A stretch of 64,000 nucleotides of DNA from Oculina patagonica (taxonomy: Eukaryota), in assembly GCF_052425735.1 (NCBI RefSeq), contig NC_135764.1, positions 5,022,001 to 5,086,000 of the forward strand. The letters are read 5' to 3'. The notes under the pieces were generated by a model. The model was not told where the DNA came from, did not search any database, and saw only the letters and a list, made by a program, of their open reading frames with translations. The position numbers and the translations under genes are program-made. Each line of letters starts with the position of its first letter. Within the stretch, counting starts at the first letter, position 1. This document shows, piece by piece, positions 1-12,560 of the stretch.

Positions 1-311
1 TAAATTTGCAATTCACATTTCTAGCTTTATCTCGATACCATTATAAAAGTGGGAAAATTCTAGATACTTAATGTCCTTCTCGATCCTTTAGTCGTAATAA
101 CACTGACGTTGTATAATTTTCGTTTCTCTCAGGGATTTCCTGCTAAACCTGATAGCAGTTCTGCACAATCATGTGTACACGATGACATGAGAACACAAGA
201 ACGCAGTTCGATTTTAGAGGAAAACGACGTTTTGCAGCGAGCATGCGCCGATCTGTGATTAATTTGATGTGACGTGTTTTAGTTGGAGCTACAGCTCAAG
301 ATCTAGCCCTG

Positions 312-3300
312 ATGAAATTTATCCGGCACAAAGGAGCTGCCAAGGGATTTCTTCTCCTTTACTGTACGTTTAGCCTCTTCTTGATAGCCGAGGGCAGGAC
401 GCGTTTTAAAAATGTTAGAGTTGGCGTTTTCTTGGACCGTTGGAAGCGCGGCGAAACATCTCTTGAAAATTACGGAGTCAGTTTCGCGGAATATAATCGC
501 ACAACCACTTTGACCAATATATCACTGCAGATTGAAACGATCCAGCTAAATGGATTATCGTTTGACGAGATTTCAACAGCGTTCTGCTTGGACATAGTAG
601 AAAGTAACGTGACAGTTATTGTATTGCAAACCAGAAGCCGAAACCTCACGCAGTTTGTGGGAAATTTGGCGTCGTATTTTAAAATACCAGTCATTGGAAG
701 TCTTACTCAGGAGCCCCTGCTGTCAGACAAGGTAGGAGATAGGGAATAATAAATTTATGGTTTTGAATTTGATCTCATTTCCTTTATATATCGAATTCTT
801 ATAATGAATAATATCTGCACTCCTTTCCACGTTGAATGCCCAGGAGGGATATGTGAATACATATTAAATACTGTATTTTGATTAGCGACTATGGGAGCAA
901 GCAGATAAAACTTTGGTTTACCGGCGTAATAAACTATATATACTAAATATTACATGTTTTTTCCAAAAGGATTTCATCAACACGTCTATATTTTGTCTAA
1001 TTTTAGGGACAGTTTTTTTTTGCCTTTTTTGCCGTTGAATTATGTAGTTCTGAAATCTCTCAGCTTAACTATAAAACTTCAAGATGGCTAACTGGGCTGT
1101 TTTCCTTTTACTGCACCGGATGAAATTGCACGGAAACTATTAAAATTGTTATTTTGTTTTGTTTCTTCACATCAATGCCATAAAAGTGGAATTAATACTA
1201 AGAACGCGTTTTTATCAATTTAGCAAAACAAATTGCCTACATAAATTTTTTGGTGGCCATAGTAACTGAAACTTACTCTAAATTACGTTAATTATTAGTT
1301 CCAACATTGAGTCATGTTTTCGATCAGTAGTTGTTATTTAACACTTATTTTGACGTGCTTCAGTTTTCACCACATCAAGGTGTTTGAGAATTTTGATATT
1401 ATCGTAAATCGATAAGGAGCTTTCAAAAAGAGGATCAAGCTCTAGAAACTACACCAAAGCAATTACAATTCCATGTACTCTTGAAAAATTGACGTTGCCC
1501 AGTCAGAGATCTTATCCTTTATCTTGATAAGTCTTTTGTGTTGATAAAAAATCTCAGTGTTACATTATATATCAGTTTGTACTATCTCTATCTTTAAAAA
1601 CGTTTTGTCTAAATTCAACTTTTTCGTTTTTATTTCCTGTGCTTCTTCACTTTGTGTTTTTAGCTTTAGTTTTATGAAGCGCAATGTATATAGAGAAAAT
1701 GATTTATTGTCAATTCTAGAACGGATTCTAAGACATTCAAAATCAAAACAGACTTCGGTTCTCTTGAAACTATAGGGATTAATTCTGTCAATGTTAAAGT
1801 AGCATTTCGAATTTTTTCGACAAATTCTGATTTTTCGAACATCCTAGCGAATGGATAATTGAATCGAATCTAAAATTCGTTTGAGGAAATTCAAGTAAAA
1901 TTACAATGGTTGACTTAGTGATGCTAATCCAAAGCACTTTTGGTTCGAGTTATCGATCGAGAGCTTCAAGAAATCGAGATTGTTAGAGAAATCAGCACCA
2001 ATGTTGTTCTTAGTTGTACAGCTTGCAAAATGCCTTCCAACGGTGTTACAATTGTGTTTGTAAAAGCATTTTCAGATTCAAGATGGATGTATGTTAAAAT
2101 CTCTTAAAAGTTCGCAAAATTTGAACTGCCTAATTTCAATTTCTGAAAAGAAAATCATTTAAGGGTCTGTAATAGTCATTTTTGTGTAGCCAAAGCAATG
2201 AGGTTTATAACGGATGTGATTATTGATGTATTTTAAATTGATGCGAGTTAAATAAACGCGAATACTAGGGAGAATTATGTTGAGAAAATTGTGTTTTCCT
2301 GATGAGGAACATTTAATGGAAAACGCAAGAAAACAACATTTTGTGATAAAAATATGAGCAAAGTTTAAAGTTTGTAGCAAGACATTCGATATGCCAGATA
2401 CTATTAAAGATATCGCCAAGAACAAGAAAGTACTGTACTCGAATTCTTGTAAAAGTGAGTAAATATTTAAGTATGCCAAACAGTGAAAACGGCTGTCAAT
2501 TTTTGAATTCTTATGCATTTACTAGCCAGAGGTTGGAATTTGTGGCAAACTATCAAAAGACAAGCGTCCTAAAAGTGTATTATAGCTCCATAAAATTTGA
2601 GTTAATTTCATGTAGCACTGACTTCGTAGAATAAGATCACAAGTACTTTCAAAACTAGAAGCCCAGAACGAATTAAAAGGACATATTCTATTTTTATAAC
2701 ACAACATGATGTATTTCTTATTAATCAATAAATTTAGATTTCTGAGTTAAAAACTATACGCAAAACTGTGGAGCTGAGTGCTATTTGCGTCGTGCGTCAG
2801 TTTTGAATTTTATAGAAAATGTGTTTTCAATAACTTTTCATCAGACAATGCACTATTGATGTGTTGTGCAAGTTAATTACAGGGCTATTAACCAAACTCC
2901 TTTCATATTCAAATAAAGGGATTTGTTCTTATCTCGCCGAAATCGTGACCAAAGGTTTTAAGAAAGGACTAGCTCTGAAAAAAGAACATTTTGGAACAAT
3001 TAAGGTCCGTGATGGAAAATGTTTTCGCCGGACATCATTTAATTCTGCAAAACGTGAAGTAGCCCTATGGTACACGTTTAAAAATTATCCGCCGACGTTT
3101 TGTTGCAAGACACTGAATTTTTTTCAATGAAATAGTAAGAGTTTTCATTTGAAAACAAATTTATGGGAAAAAATATACTGAGGAAAACCCGACATACTAA
3201 TAAGACGCTAATGATAAACAATGTAAGTTGCAATTTTACAAATTGTTGAAAGCCAAAAGGGCAGCCATACAGAGTTTAATGGTATTGTATTTTTAATATC

Positions 3301-6300
3301 TTGCAAAATGGACTTGGCAAAACTATGAAAGTTTTGAAGCCCACTTCCAAATATGGCAATCAACGTTGACAAGCTGTCAGTCAGGATATCTTTCCTGACC
3401 AAATATGGGTGTCGTGACATGTTTTTAAATAACAATAGTGTTTGCTTTTTCTCACTTCATTGCCATTTTCTATCTAAATCATCTAACATTAAGGACCTCT
3501 CCTGTGTCAGGGACAATATCAAGAACTTGAGAGGCATTAATAAGATTGTCTTACCTAAGGTCAATACGACCAAGTATGGACTGAAGTCCGTAAGATACTG
3601 GGCGGTGAACGCCTGGAATCAACACTTCAGGCCTTTCGCAATGCTGTGCGCAGCTATATAGTCTCTTTTTATCAATTTAATACTATTTTATTAATTAATT
3701 TTTCCGTTCTGTGTATATATATTTGTAATTTATTTTCTCGGCATATTAGCATATGTTTGCTAGGGGCCTAGTCAGCCCCCCGTCAGCTCCGAGGGTAAAT
3801 ACATTTTATTGATTGATTGTTTGATTGATTTAGTTTATTGTTATTTTCAGGAATACTTCAGCACATTTGTTCGTAACCTACCTTCCGACACTCTACAACT
3901 CACAGTGTTCCTCGACTTCCTCAAATACGCTGGCAAAAGGCGAGCTTTTGTTATAGTTAGCGACGACACGTCTTACGGGCTGGTCATGCAACACTTCAAC
4001 GAGTTTGCCTCTGTAACTATTATTAACCTTGGGTCACCTGATATACAACAGCAGGACATAATCCAGGAGTTGCTAAGAATAAAATCAAGTACAACACAAG
4101 CTGTTTTTCTCTACTGCGACTCAAAGCTGGCACACTTCATTTTGTGGATTGCAAAGGATTTTCGTCTCATCAACGAGAATATGCTATGGATTCTCTCCGA
4201 GAAATCACTCCGGGATGTACCAAATCTTTACACTCTTCCAAGTTTTATTTATGCTATAAGGACAGCGAGGTATGCTAGCGAAGAGGAGTTTGACAGAAGA
4301 CAATTGATTGACAGCTTGTCAATCATACAGAGAACGTTTGCATTGATGGACGAAAGAAAAATGCAACAATATTTGCGGAGGCCTTCAGACTGTTATAGTT
4401 CCTCGGCATGGACTAAAGGCCAGGAGCTTCACAAGTAAGAATTCACCACCAGGCGATCAATATTGACCAATTGAACAAATTAGATCGTTTTAATTGTTAA
4501 GCCCGGGCCAAACGAGGATGGGAGTTAATGAGAGTTCAAACTCTCGCTCTCGTTTGGCATGGAACTCTCATGCACTCTCATCGACTCTCATGCGCTCTCA
4601 AAGGCTTTAAAGGTGCTCAAATTTTTCGTGAGAGTCGATGAGACTTTGACGGACTCTCGTTCTCGTTTAGCCCGAGTTGGTGATTGTCAATGAGAGTTGA
4701 CGAAAGCTCTCATGAGTGTCAACTCTCATCAACTCTTATCCTTGTTTGGCCCGGGCTATAGAGGCAGTGGAAAACGAGGACACATTGTGGCGGACATATT
4801 GTTGCTCATGATGTTTTCTTGGGCGAGCAAACGGAGAAACAATTGTTGCGGACACAAAATGTTTCTGAAAGAAATTGGAAACAGTTTTTGTGTCTCGGAC
4901 ACAAATTTTGTGTCCGCAACATATGTTGCGCGCGGGAAAACAGTGAAACTTTTGTGTCCGCAACAATATGTCCTCGTTTACCACAACCTTTACGATTCTA
5001 TTTTAGCCAGAAAGGTTTTCAAATTCTAGCGCTAGTCGTAAACTTGAAACCAAAGTACTCAAAAGATGAGTGAGAGTAGTCAATGGGTGAGTGTAGTGAC
5101 CCACTTATCTAGCGGCTCGTAGGCCACTTTTTTGTTCTTACTACACAGATTTTGACGTCATCTGTGATCTATAATTGAACAGACGCGCGGCAAAATGGAA
5201 TCTATTTGTTAAATCAATGGTTTACTTTTGCAGGATTTACCACTTTACAAGTCCTATCCAGTTAGCACTTTCCTTATCCGTATAAACTATAATGATATAT
5301 TTTTTTTCGCTGACTGTTCTTTTGTCGTACAATCCACATCTAGATTACTCGTGGCGAGCGTCAAATCACGTGACTCGGACAACACGGAACACAGCAGCAA
5401 AGCACATCTTTCTTACGAAATTCTTTATCTACAAACACCGTTCGACCAGGAGAAGGGCTGGGTCCAGATAGGAAAATGGACGAACAAAGGGTTAACATTA
5501 CAAACGGAAGATTTATCCCTTGCAAAAGATAAAAGTACTGGAGAAATACCGGTTTTAAGAGCCGCTGTTGTAGAATATCCTCCATTGACTATGAAAGCAG
5601 ATTTTGACGCTAGCGACGGATGTTTTCAGGGATTAGAATGCCTGAAATACATTGGGGATTCACAGAACTTCACCAAGCACTGTTGCTATGGTCTTGCAAT
5701 TGATGTATTACGGTACGTCAAGACAGAACTCCAATTCGAGCCGCTCGTTTATTTCGTTCGTGATGGCAATTACGGCGCGAAAAATGTCACGGCGGGAACG
5801 TGGAACGGGGTTGTGCGGGACATCCTCGAGGGAAAGGCAGACATCGCCATCGATTTGATGTCGAACGAGGCTCGCTCGGAAGTGATCGATTTCTCTCTGC
5901 GCTGGACGCACGCTGGCCTCGCCTTGCTCGTGCTCGTGGGCGAACAAAACGTCGAGGATCTCGACTTCTCGTTTTTCCATCCATTTACTACTTATCTGTG
6001 GATGGGAATGATAGGCGTGGTAAATTTCTACTTAGGGCTGTTATGGTACACGGATCGTTTGAGCCCTTACGGTCATCACAAGTCATTTCGAGCTAAAAAC
6101 CATAAAGGATTCGACCTGAGTGAGAGTATGTGGTACTGCTGGGGCGTCTGCTTTGATAACCAGTTTGTAGACTCACGGCCGCGTAGTTTAAGCGCGCGCG
6201 CCATGGCTGTGTTCTTGGCGATTTTTGCCCTGATGTGCGTGACGTCATACACGGCGAATCTGACAGCTCATCTGTTATCTGATGACACCAAGCCTGAGGT

Positions 6301-9300
6301 CACTGGCATTAAAGACCCTAAGGTGAGCATTCCATGCTTAAAAAGATCAGACAGACACGTTTGTTCCTAGACGCCATCTTTGATTTGTGTTGTTGTAGTA
6401 ATATTTCAGTCGTCCTGGTTTTTATCACATCAATGGCGTCTGACATTGTAAACCAATCAAATGCTGTTTTTAGCATCTTTCATGTGTCAAAAAAGCTTTG
6501 GCACGCCCATATTGGTCTCCTTTAGATGTGTAATTCAAACTTTGAGACGAGTATCCCCGTCTGTTTTACCTTAAGGTTACTATTGTTAGCGGCTACTAAT
6601 TTTAGCGATTTCAGCGAGTTGGGCCAAAATCGCTAAATTAAGTACTCGCTAAAATTTGTCTCGGTCAAATTTAATAAGCGTAAAATTAATACCCCCGTCC
6701 GCCACAGGAATACAAATATAGTGGCCTTGTTTAACTATATGACAACGTCAGAAGGTAGGTCAACAATTAAGAAGGGTTGGGAGAGAGCTTGAATCGCCGG
6801 CATCGTGGAGAATATGACTGATTTTCCTGATGATTACCCACTTTCTAACATTCGCAATTCACTTTGTTCTCTCTGACAATGATAATGTTCGTTCAATTTT
6901 AAGTGACTTTGTTATATTACTGAACATTTTTTCCATCTTAGCTATATATATAAATTGCTTTTTTTAATTTTCGGAAAATCGCTTAATTTAATAGTCTAAA
7001 TCTTGCTCAGAAAAAATCGCTAAAATTAGTAACCGCTAAAAATAGTAACCTTAAGGTATTTGGGTGTCCTTCCCAGGATCCCATATTCCATGGTTTGACA
7101 CATCGCCGCGACCTTCTACGGGTTCAGCAGTATTTTTTCGAGCCAAAAAAAATGCGAGCAAAGAGTCAGATCTCCCTGCAAATTATCTGCCAAACTATCA
7201 AATAAGGGATTTAATATAAACTGTTATATTTTTCTTGTATTTTAGGATCTTGTTTGCCTTTTCTGTCAAACATTCAGTACAATAATCCTCGCCGTCTGAG
7301 AGTACTGTTTTTACAGTAAATGATGGATGTATTTTTTATACCTTTAGATCACAGCTCCTGAATCCAAGATATCATACGGGGTAGTTAAGTCCAGCTATGT
7401 GGATTCATACTTTGAACTGAACGAAGATCCTGTCATGCAGTCCATGTTTAGACGCATGCGTGATAAAAAGCACTTGGTAGATAACTTTACTGATGGCGTG
7501 GAACGAGTTAGAAACAGGTTTGACTTGTTTTTCATCTCCATTAACGGAATAATTATCTGTTCGGAAGGCCGACAATCACCCAACATATTTGAATAAAAGT
7601 GCAGTGAAAGATGGGAGTTCTTTAGAGAAATTTCTTCTCAAACCTGCACTCCATGGGAACTATATAGCTTATGAACTTCTGTCTCATCTTGTAATAAATT
7701 TTTTTTTAACAACTCGGTGCCGTTTTCATTATGTTATAATGCATTTTGTTATCGGAGATAAAAATTCGGGTTTTGGGGCACGAAAATATGTTATTTTTTA
7801 AATAACTTAATTATCACAAGTTGTAACACCTAGAAGAATTAGCGTAGAAAAAAAATGGAAAAAAAATTCTTCTTTTAACTTATTCCGCAGTATGTATTAT
7901 TTTAAAGTTTGTTTGTGAAGCAAAGATGTTGATATTAATATATTATTAATATATCAAACACGAGCGACAGACGCTGGTGTTTCATCGTGATATCCAAACA
8001 CCGAGAAGGGAGTTGAAAGTGCGACGCGCAGCGGAGTATTTTTGACGAAATTCGGGGTGTTTGGATAGCCGATGAAACACTATCTCGAGTGTTTGATATA
8101 TCTTGTCGATCGAAATTAAAACCACGGAGTAAACGGAGAAATAAAATCCTAAAAACCCATGCTAATCAAGATCGGGTATCCAAACCTCCTTCATGGTTAG
8201 ATTTTCTTTGTTTTTACTTGATTAATTATTAATGAGTTTGAGAAATTTCACTGCAAAACATTTACTGTGTTTATATGTTTTATTGGCAGGCAGTTGGATA
8301 TCTTTATCAGTGAGGTGTTGTCAATAGATTACGAAGTTGCCAAACAGAAGTCAGCTACATATCCAAGACTGCAGGTGGTCGGAGCGACTACGCCTTTCGC
8401 CGAGAGCGGATATTCATACGCGTTTAAGAAAAACTCACCATGGAAACCAAAATTCGACTTGGTCATGAACAGAATGAAGGCTGAAAATAAGTAAGTAGGT
8501 CCGCAATACGTACATGCGTGATTTCCAAATGTAGATAAAGGACCTTACGAAACCACGACGTATCCTCGGAGACCCAGGGACAGTTAGTGGGGGCGACGGG
8601 CAGCTTATCGGGACAACGGGATTTTCGGGCGAAAGTTTACAACATAGAGCGTAACAGCCCCTGGGCACTTTGTCATACCGAACCAGTTCCAGAAGCGTTT
8701 GAACTCCTTCCTCTTGATTGGCCACAAAAATATTTTTGTGGCCAATCAGCGACGAGGACCGGCCAGGAGACTCTGATGTCTTCTTACACGAAGTTGTTTT
8801 CCTCATAGACTCGTCGTGGATGCTCTGCCCATCAATCGGATGCTATTACATGGAGAGTCTCAGAAAAAAATAAGCCTTAGACGACTGCCAGTTCTACACT
8901 GTTAGTTGCGCGCTTTTTAATAGTTATTCGAGTAAACAACAATTCTTATTACTTTTTCTCGGTCGTTGCCCGACGTCTGGAACTTGCCACGGTCTGGGTA
9001 CTTCACTGCACGGGCCACGCGTTAGCGAAGATATCACTGTCGTCACCTATTGTTATTTTGTTGCCAGCTTGACAGTTAAAACAAAGGGTTTTTGTTTCAT
9101 TTGTTGGATATTTAAATAACAAAAACAAAACTTATAAACAAGAGGTGCTCGCGTATAGCTTTAAAAACTTTTGGTTTTCTTTGCGCTATGCTACATTTAA
9201 CATATTCCCAGGCCTCGTTGTTTTGTTTTTGTTTTGCTTTTTTATCTGAGACCCACGTAGTATCATCCGATAGACGGGCTTAACAACCACGTCGAGTCTA

Positions 9301-10131
9301 TGAGGAAAACAACTTCGTGTAAGAAGACGTCAGAGTCGCTCTTCTGGTCAACCTCGCTGATTGGCCACAAAAATATTTTTGTGGCCAATCAAGAGGAAGG
9401 AGTTCAAACGCTTCTGGAACTGGTTCGGTAAGACAAAGTGCCCAGGGGCTGTTACGCTCTATGTTGTAAACTTTCGCCCAAAAATCCCGTTGTCCCGATA
9501 AGCTGCCCGTCGCCCCCACTAACTGCCCCTGGGTCTCCGAGGATGACCACGACGTCGACTGTAACGAGAACGGCACCAAACAAAAGGTTTAATGAGCAGT
9601 ACAATAGCTGGGAGGCGCGGTGGCCTAATGGTTAGCGCGCTCGACTCCGAGTCGAACGGCCCGGATTCGAGGCCTGGCCGAGGCGCTGCGTTGTCTCTCT
9701 CCACCAAGGTGTATAAATGGGTACCGGCGAATTTACTGCTGGGGGGTAACCCTTCGATGGACTAGCATCCCATCCAGGGGGGAGTAGCAATACTCCTAGT
9801 CGCTTAATGCTACTGAAACCGGGATAAGCTCCGGCTGTATGGGCCTCATGGCTCGGAGACAGACTTTACTTTTTACTTTACAATAGCTTAGCATGCGTGC
9901 GTTATCCATCTTGCTACATTTCTTTGTCGTCCTCTGCAAAACAACGACGTGAAATGACGAAATTCTGCGAAGTCTAGAAAACGTGAATCACGACGGCGAA
10001 ATTTTCATGTTTCTAGTCTAAATTTAATAATGCGCTCACATATTCAGCAAGAGATAAGTTCTGACACCAATGAACGCACTAAATAACATAGTCTCGTAAG
10101 GTCCCAAGAGATAGATGATAGACACCTTTAT

Positions 10132-10172
<41 letters not shown>

Positions 10173-11380
10173 ACAATGGCGAGCCGATACTTGTGAAATG
10201 AAAACAATAAATTGAATGTAAAGTATTGTTATGCGAATCAGTAGAGATCTGTATCAAAAATTAATGAATAGTAATAAGCTGAGCAGGAGTTTGTATCAAA
10301 AGTTAATTCTTTTGTCTGATTTGGATTGGGGTTTACAGTTGTGTACATGTGGTCTGAATAGTGTGCTGGGATTGGTTTGCACCCTCATGAATTATTAATG
10401 AATTTTACAATTAGTTATGAAGCTCAGGGTACAGCATAAAAAGAGATGTACTTTAAAAACCATTTACAATGCAGATATACTATAAAAGCAATTAACAATG
10501 TTTATGAACATGCGCAGAGACACAACATTTTGTAGTAGTATAGCAGCTCGAGAAGGCTTGTCATTCTACTAGTTTTCTACTGTAAGGCAGTTGCTATTGT
10601 GTTTTGGGTTAGGGGCATCGTTCCTGTTGTTTGTTCTATTGTTGTCTCGAAGGGAAGCGAGCCATTTATGTGAGACTTTGCGAGAGCTGCTACCCGAACT
10701 ACATTTTTGCAACTAATTTCGTGTCACAAGCGCGCTAAATACAGTCTGAAAACTAAATGCGATATTCGCCAAATTATTTTACTTGTCACGTTTTTGAGAT
10801 ATTTATGAGCTCATAAGTGTGAAATCACGCTTCAAACTTGTTTCATATTTCCCTTTTAACTGTTTTGAGTCAAAGTCTGCGGAAAAATTTACAGACAAAT
10901 TTGGAAGGGCGTGGTTTCCAACCTGCAAACTTTATAAATCTTTTTTTGTTTGTTATTTCCAGGCCAAGTGAACTGTACAAAAAGTGGGTTTCTTCAGGCG
11001 AGGACAGAAGCGAGGAGCATCACCAAAGATTGGCCGTTCACTCATTAAGCGGGGTGTTTTTTCTGGGCGCTTCTCTGGCGCTGGTCGCCATATTTTTTCT
11101 TTCCCTCGAGAACAGGCTCTTCGCTGCAGGCTTCATTTACAACGACATGAAAGGTGACAATTTTCACGAAAAAGGACCACGGAAGTACTCGGCCGCGGTC
11201 AAACGGAAATTACTGGATATTGACACGAACAAGGATGAAGCAGAGTACCCGGATATATCGGGCTACCTTCACAATAGGAGGAGAAGCAATGTAATGTTAA
11301 AAACATTCTATAATCCTAAATCTGTAAAGAGAAAATACGAAGAGGCAGGCGAAAATGGGACAGCTACAAGTTCTGTATGA
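312..11380 (+). CDS. NMDA-type ionotropic glutamate receptor subunit, 6 coding exons: 312-731, 3851-4434, 5344-6322, 7348-7517, 8290-8490, 10963-11380 (~923 aa)
   Basis: All introns are GT-AG with compatible phases (0,2,0,2,2); 2772 nt in total. The protein has a signal peptide, ATD, S1 with NMDA-type Cys loop (KHCCYGLAIDVL, DGNYG, WNGVV..I..GKAD, NEARSEVIDFS), M1-M3 with SYTANLTAH, S2 (YGVVKSSYVDSYF; SGYSYAFKKNSPWK) and M4 (LAVHSLSGVF). An acceptor ending at 132 suggests an upstream UTR exon outside the window. Confidence 0.9.
3490..3830 (+). mobile_element. LINE (CR1/L2-like) 3' fragment
   Basis: NLRGINKIVLPKVNTTKYGLKSVRYWAVNAWN resembles the C-terminal end of LINE ORF2; (ATTG)n tail. Confidence 0.65.
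4500..4757. mobile_element. MITE, TIR GCCCGGGCCAAAC (PIF/Harbinger-like)
   Basis: TIRs and internal GAGAGT/ACTCTC inverted motifs; same termini as the element at 13619. Confidence 0.7.
4761..4989. mobile_element. MITE abutting the previous one
   Basis: Imperfect TIR GTGG.AAACGAGGACA / TGTCCTCGTTT.CCAC; internal TTGCGGACACAAAA inverted motifs. Confidence 0.65.
6569..7056. mobile_element. MITE with ~45-bp TIRs and TA TSD
   Basis: CCTTAAGGTTACTATT.TTAGCGG.TACTAATTTTAGCGATTT at both ends, inverted. Confidence 0.8.
8561..9545. mobile_element. Foldback/Mutator-like element with ~255-bp TIRs
   Basis: 8561-~8819 is the inverted copy of ~9288-9545; 9-bp TSD ACCACGACG (8552-8560 and 9546-9554). Confidence 0.85.
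9610..9878 (+). mobile_element. tRNA-derived SINE
   Basis: A-box-like GGTGGCCTAATGG, B-box-like GGATTCGAGGCC, (TTTAC)n-like tail, 10-bp TSD TACAATAGCT. Confidence 0.85.
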
Positions 11381-11651
11381 TAGAGCGCTTTTCAACTGAA
11401 AAAACAAATGTCATTATTCTAGCCAATCACAAAAGACACAGACAACCCATTGAACCAATCAAAACGCGAAGTAAATACAGGTAGCCGATGCAAAGCGCGA
11501 GAAACGTGCGCGAGCAATCACAAGTGGTTTTGGTTTCACTTCTGATTGGCTAAGAAAGTGGCGCGAGATTTTTAAACCAATCACTAAGCGTATTAAGGCA
11601 AAACCAAAGCAAATACGAATTACGTTCGACACTCAAATGAAAACCGCTCTA
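11381..11651. mobile_element. MITE starting immediately after the receptor stop codon
   Basis: TAGAGCG.TTTTCA ... TGAAAACCGCTCTA termini; internal CCAATCA repeats. Confidence 0.7.
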
Positions 11652-11849
11652 AATCAGTTTAGAAGTCTGTATCTCAATTTTAAGTTAACTTTCAACGTAA
11701 AACAGGTAAAAGTTTCAATAGCGATGGAAGCCTATAGATGATAGTTTATTTAGATAGAAAAACTCTAATAGAATAAAATAACTACTCGCAAAGAGGCACA
11801 GATGTTTTTAAGATTGGAGGAGTAGTAAACGGGCTAGAAACTCATGATT

Positions 11850-12560
11850 TGTCTTACAAGACACCGAGCCAATGTATTATAAAGTCAAGATTGAGCCACA
11901 TCAAGAGAAAATCGTATTCTCTTAGTCACATTTAATGGATTGATCAGGTTTTCTTTGGAATCTTTACGAGTAAGCTGGTTTCAACCCGGGATAATAAGAA
12001 GAATCTCAGGGGAATAAACGAACTCGTTCTATCTAGAGTTAGGTTAACCTGGAATGGTTTAAGATCAACTTCTTATGTAGCCGCTAAGGCATGGAAATCT
12101 TTACCAGATAATCTAAGATCTATGACAAATATTGGATTATTTAAAAAGGCAGTAAGGAGAAACAACTTAAAAACGACTTAATTATTTATAGAATTCTCAT
12201 TATTCTATTATAATATATGTTATTTTATTTTAAAATTTACTTACAGCAAGGCGCTCAAAAGTGTGACCACTTTTAATTTATTCACATTCTTTCGTGCAGA
12301 TTTAATCCAATCAGAAGTCAACTGCAAGCTATCCACGGCTTTTGATTGGATTAAATCTGCACGAAAGAATGTGAATAAATTAAAAGTGGTCACACTTTTG
12401 GGCACCTTGCTGTAAGGACTTAGAAATCTACTTTCATTTATTTATTTTTCTTATCATTATTCTTGTATTTTATTACTCGGTTTCATTAGCATTACTTGCT
12501 AGAGGCCTAACACGCCTCATAATACCGAGGCGTAAATAAAGTTTTCATTTATTTATTTCA
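11850..12560 (+). mobile_element. LINE 3' fragment interrupted by a hairpin MITE
   Basis: NLRGINELVLSRVRLTWNGLRSTSYVAAKAWKSLPDNLR; AATAAA plus (ATTT)n tail. Confidence 0.65.
12244..12412. mobile_element. Palindromic MITE with TA TSD
   Basis: ~75-bp arms CAGCAAGG..AAAAGTGTGACCACTTTTAATTTATTCACATTCTTTCGTGCAGATTTAATCCAATCA and its reverse complement. Confidence 0.85.

Noticed and set aside
8587-9579. Two near-identical ORFs on opposite strands (YNIERNSPWALC..)
   Set aside because: They are the two TIR arms of a non-coding foldback element.
9610-9685. tRNA-like sequence
   Set aside because: It is the head of a SINE, with body, tail and TSD; not a tRNA gene.
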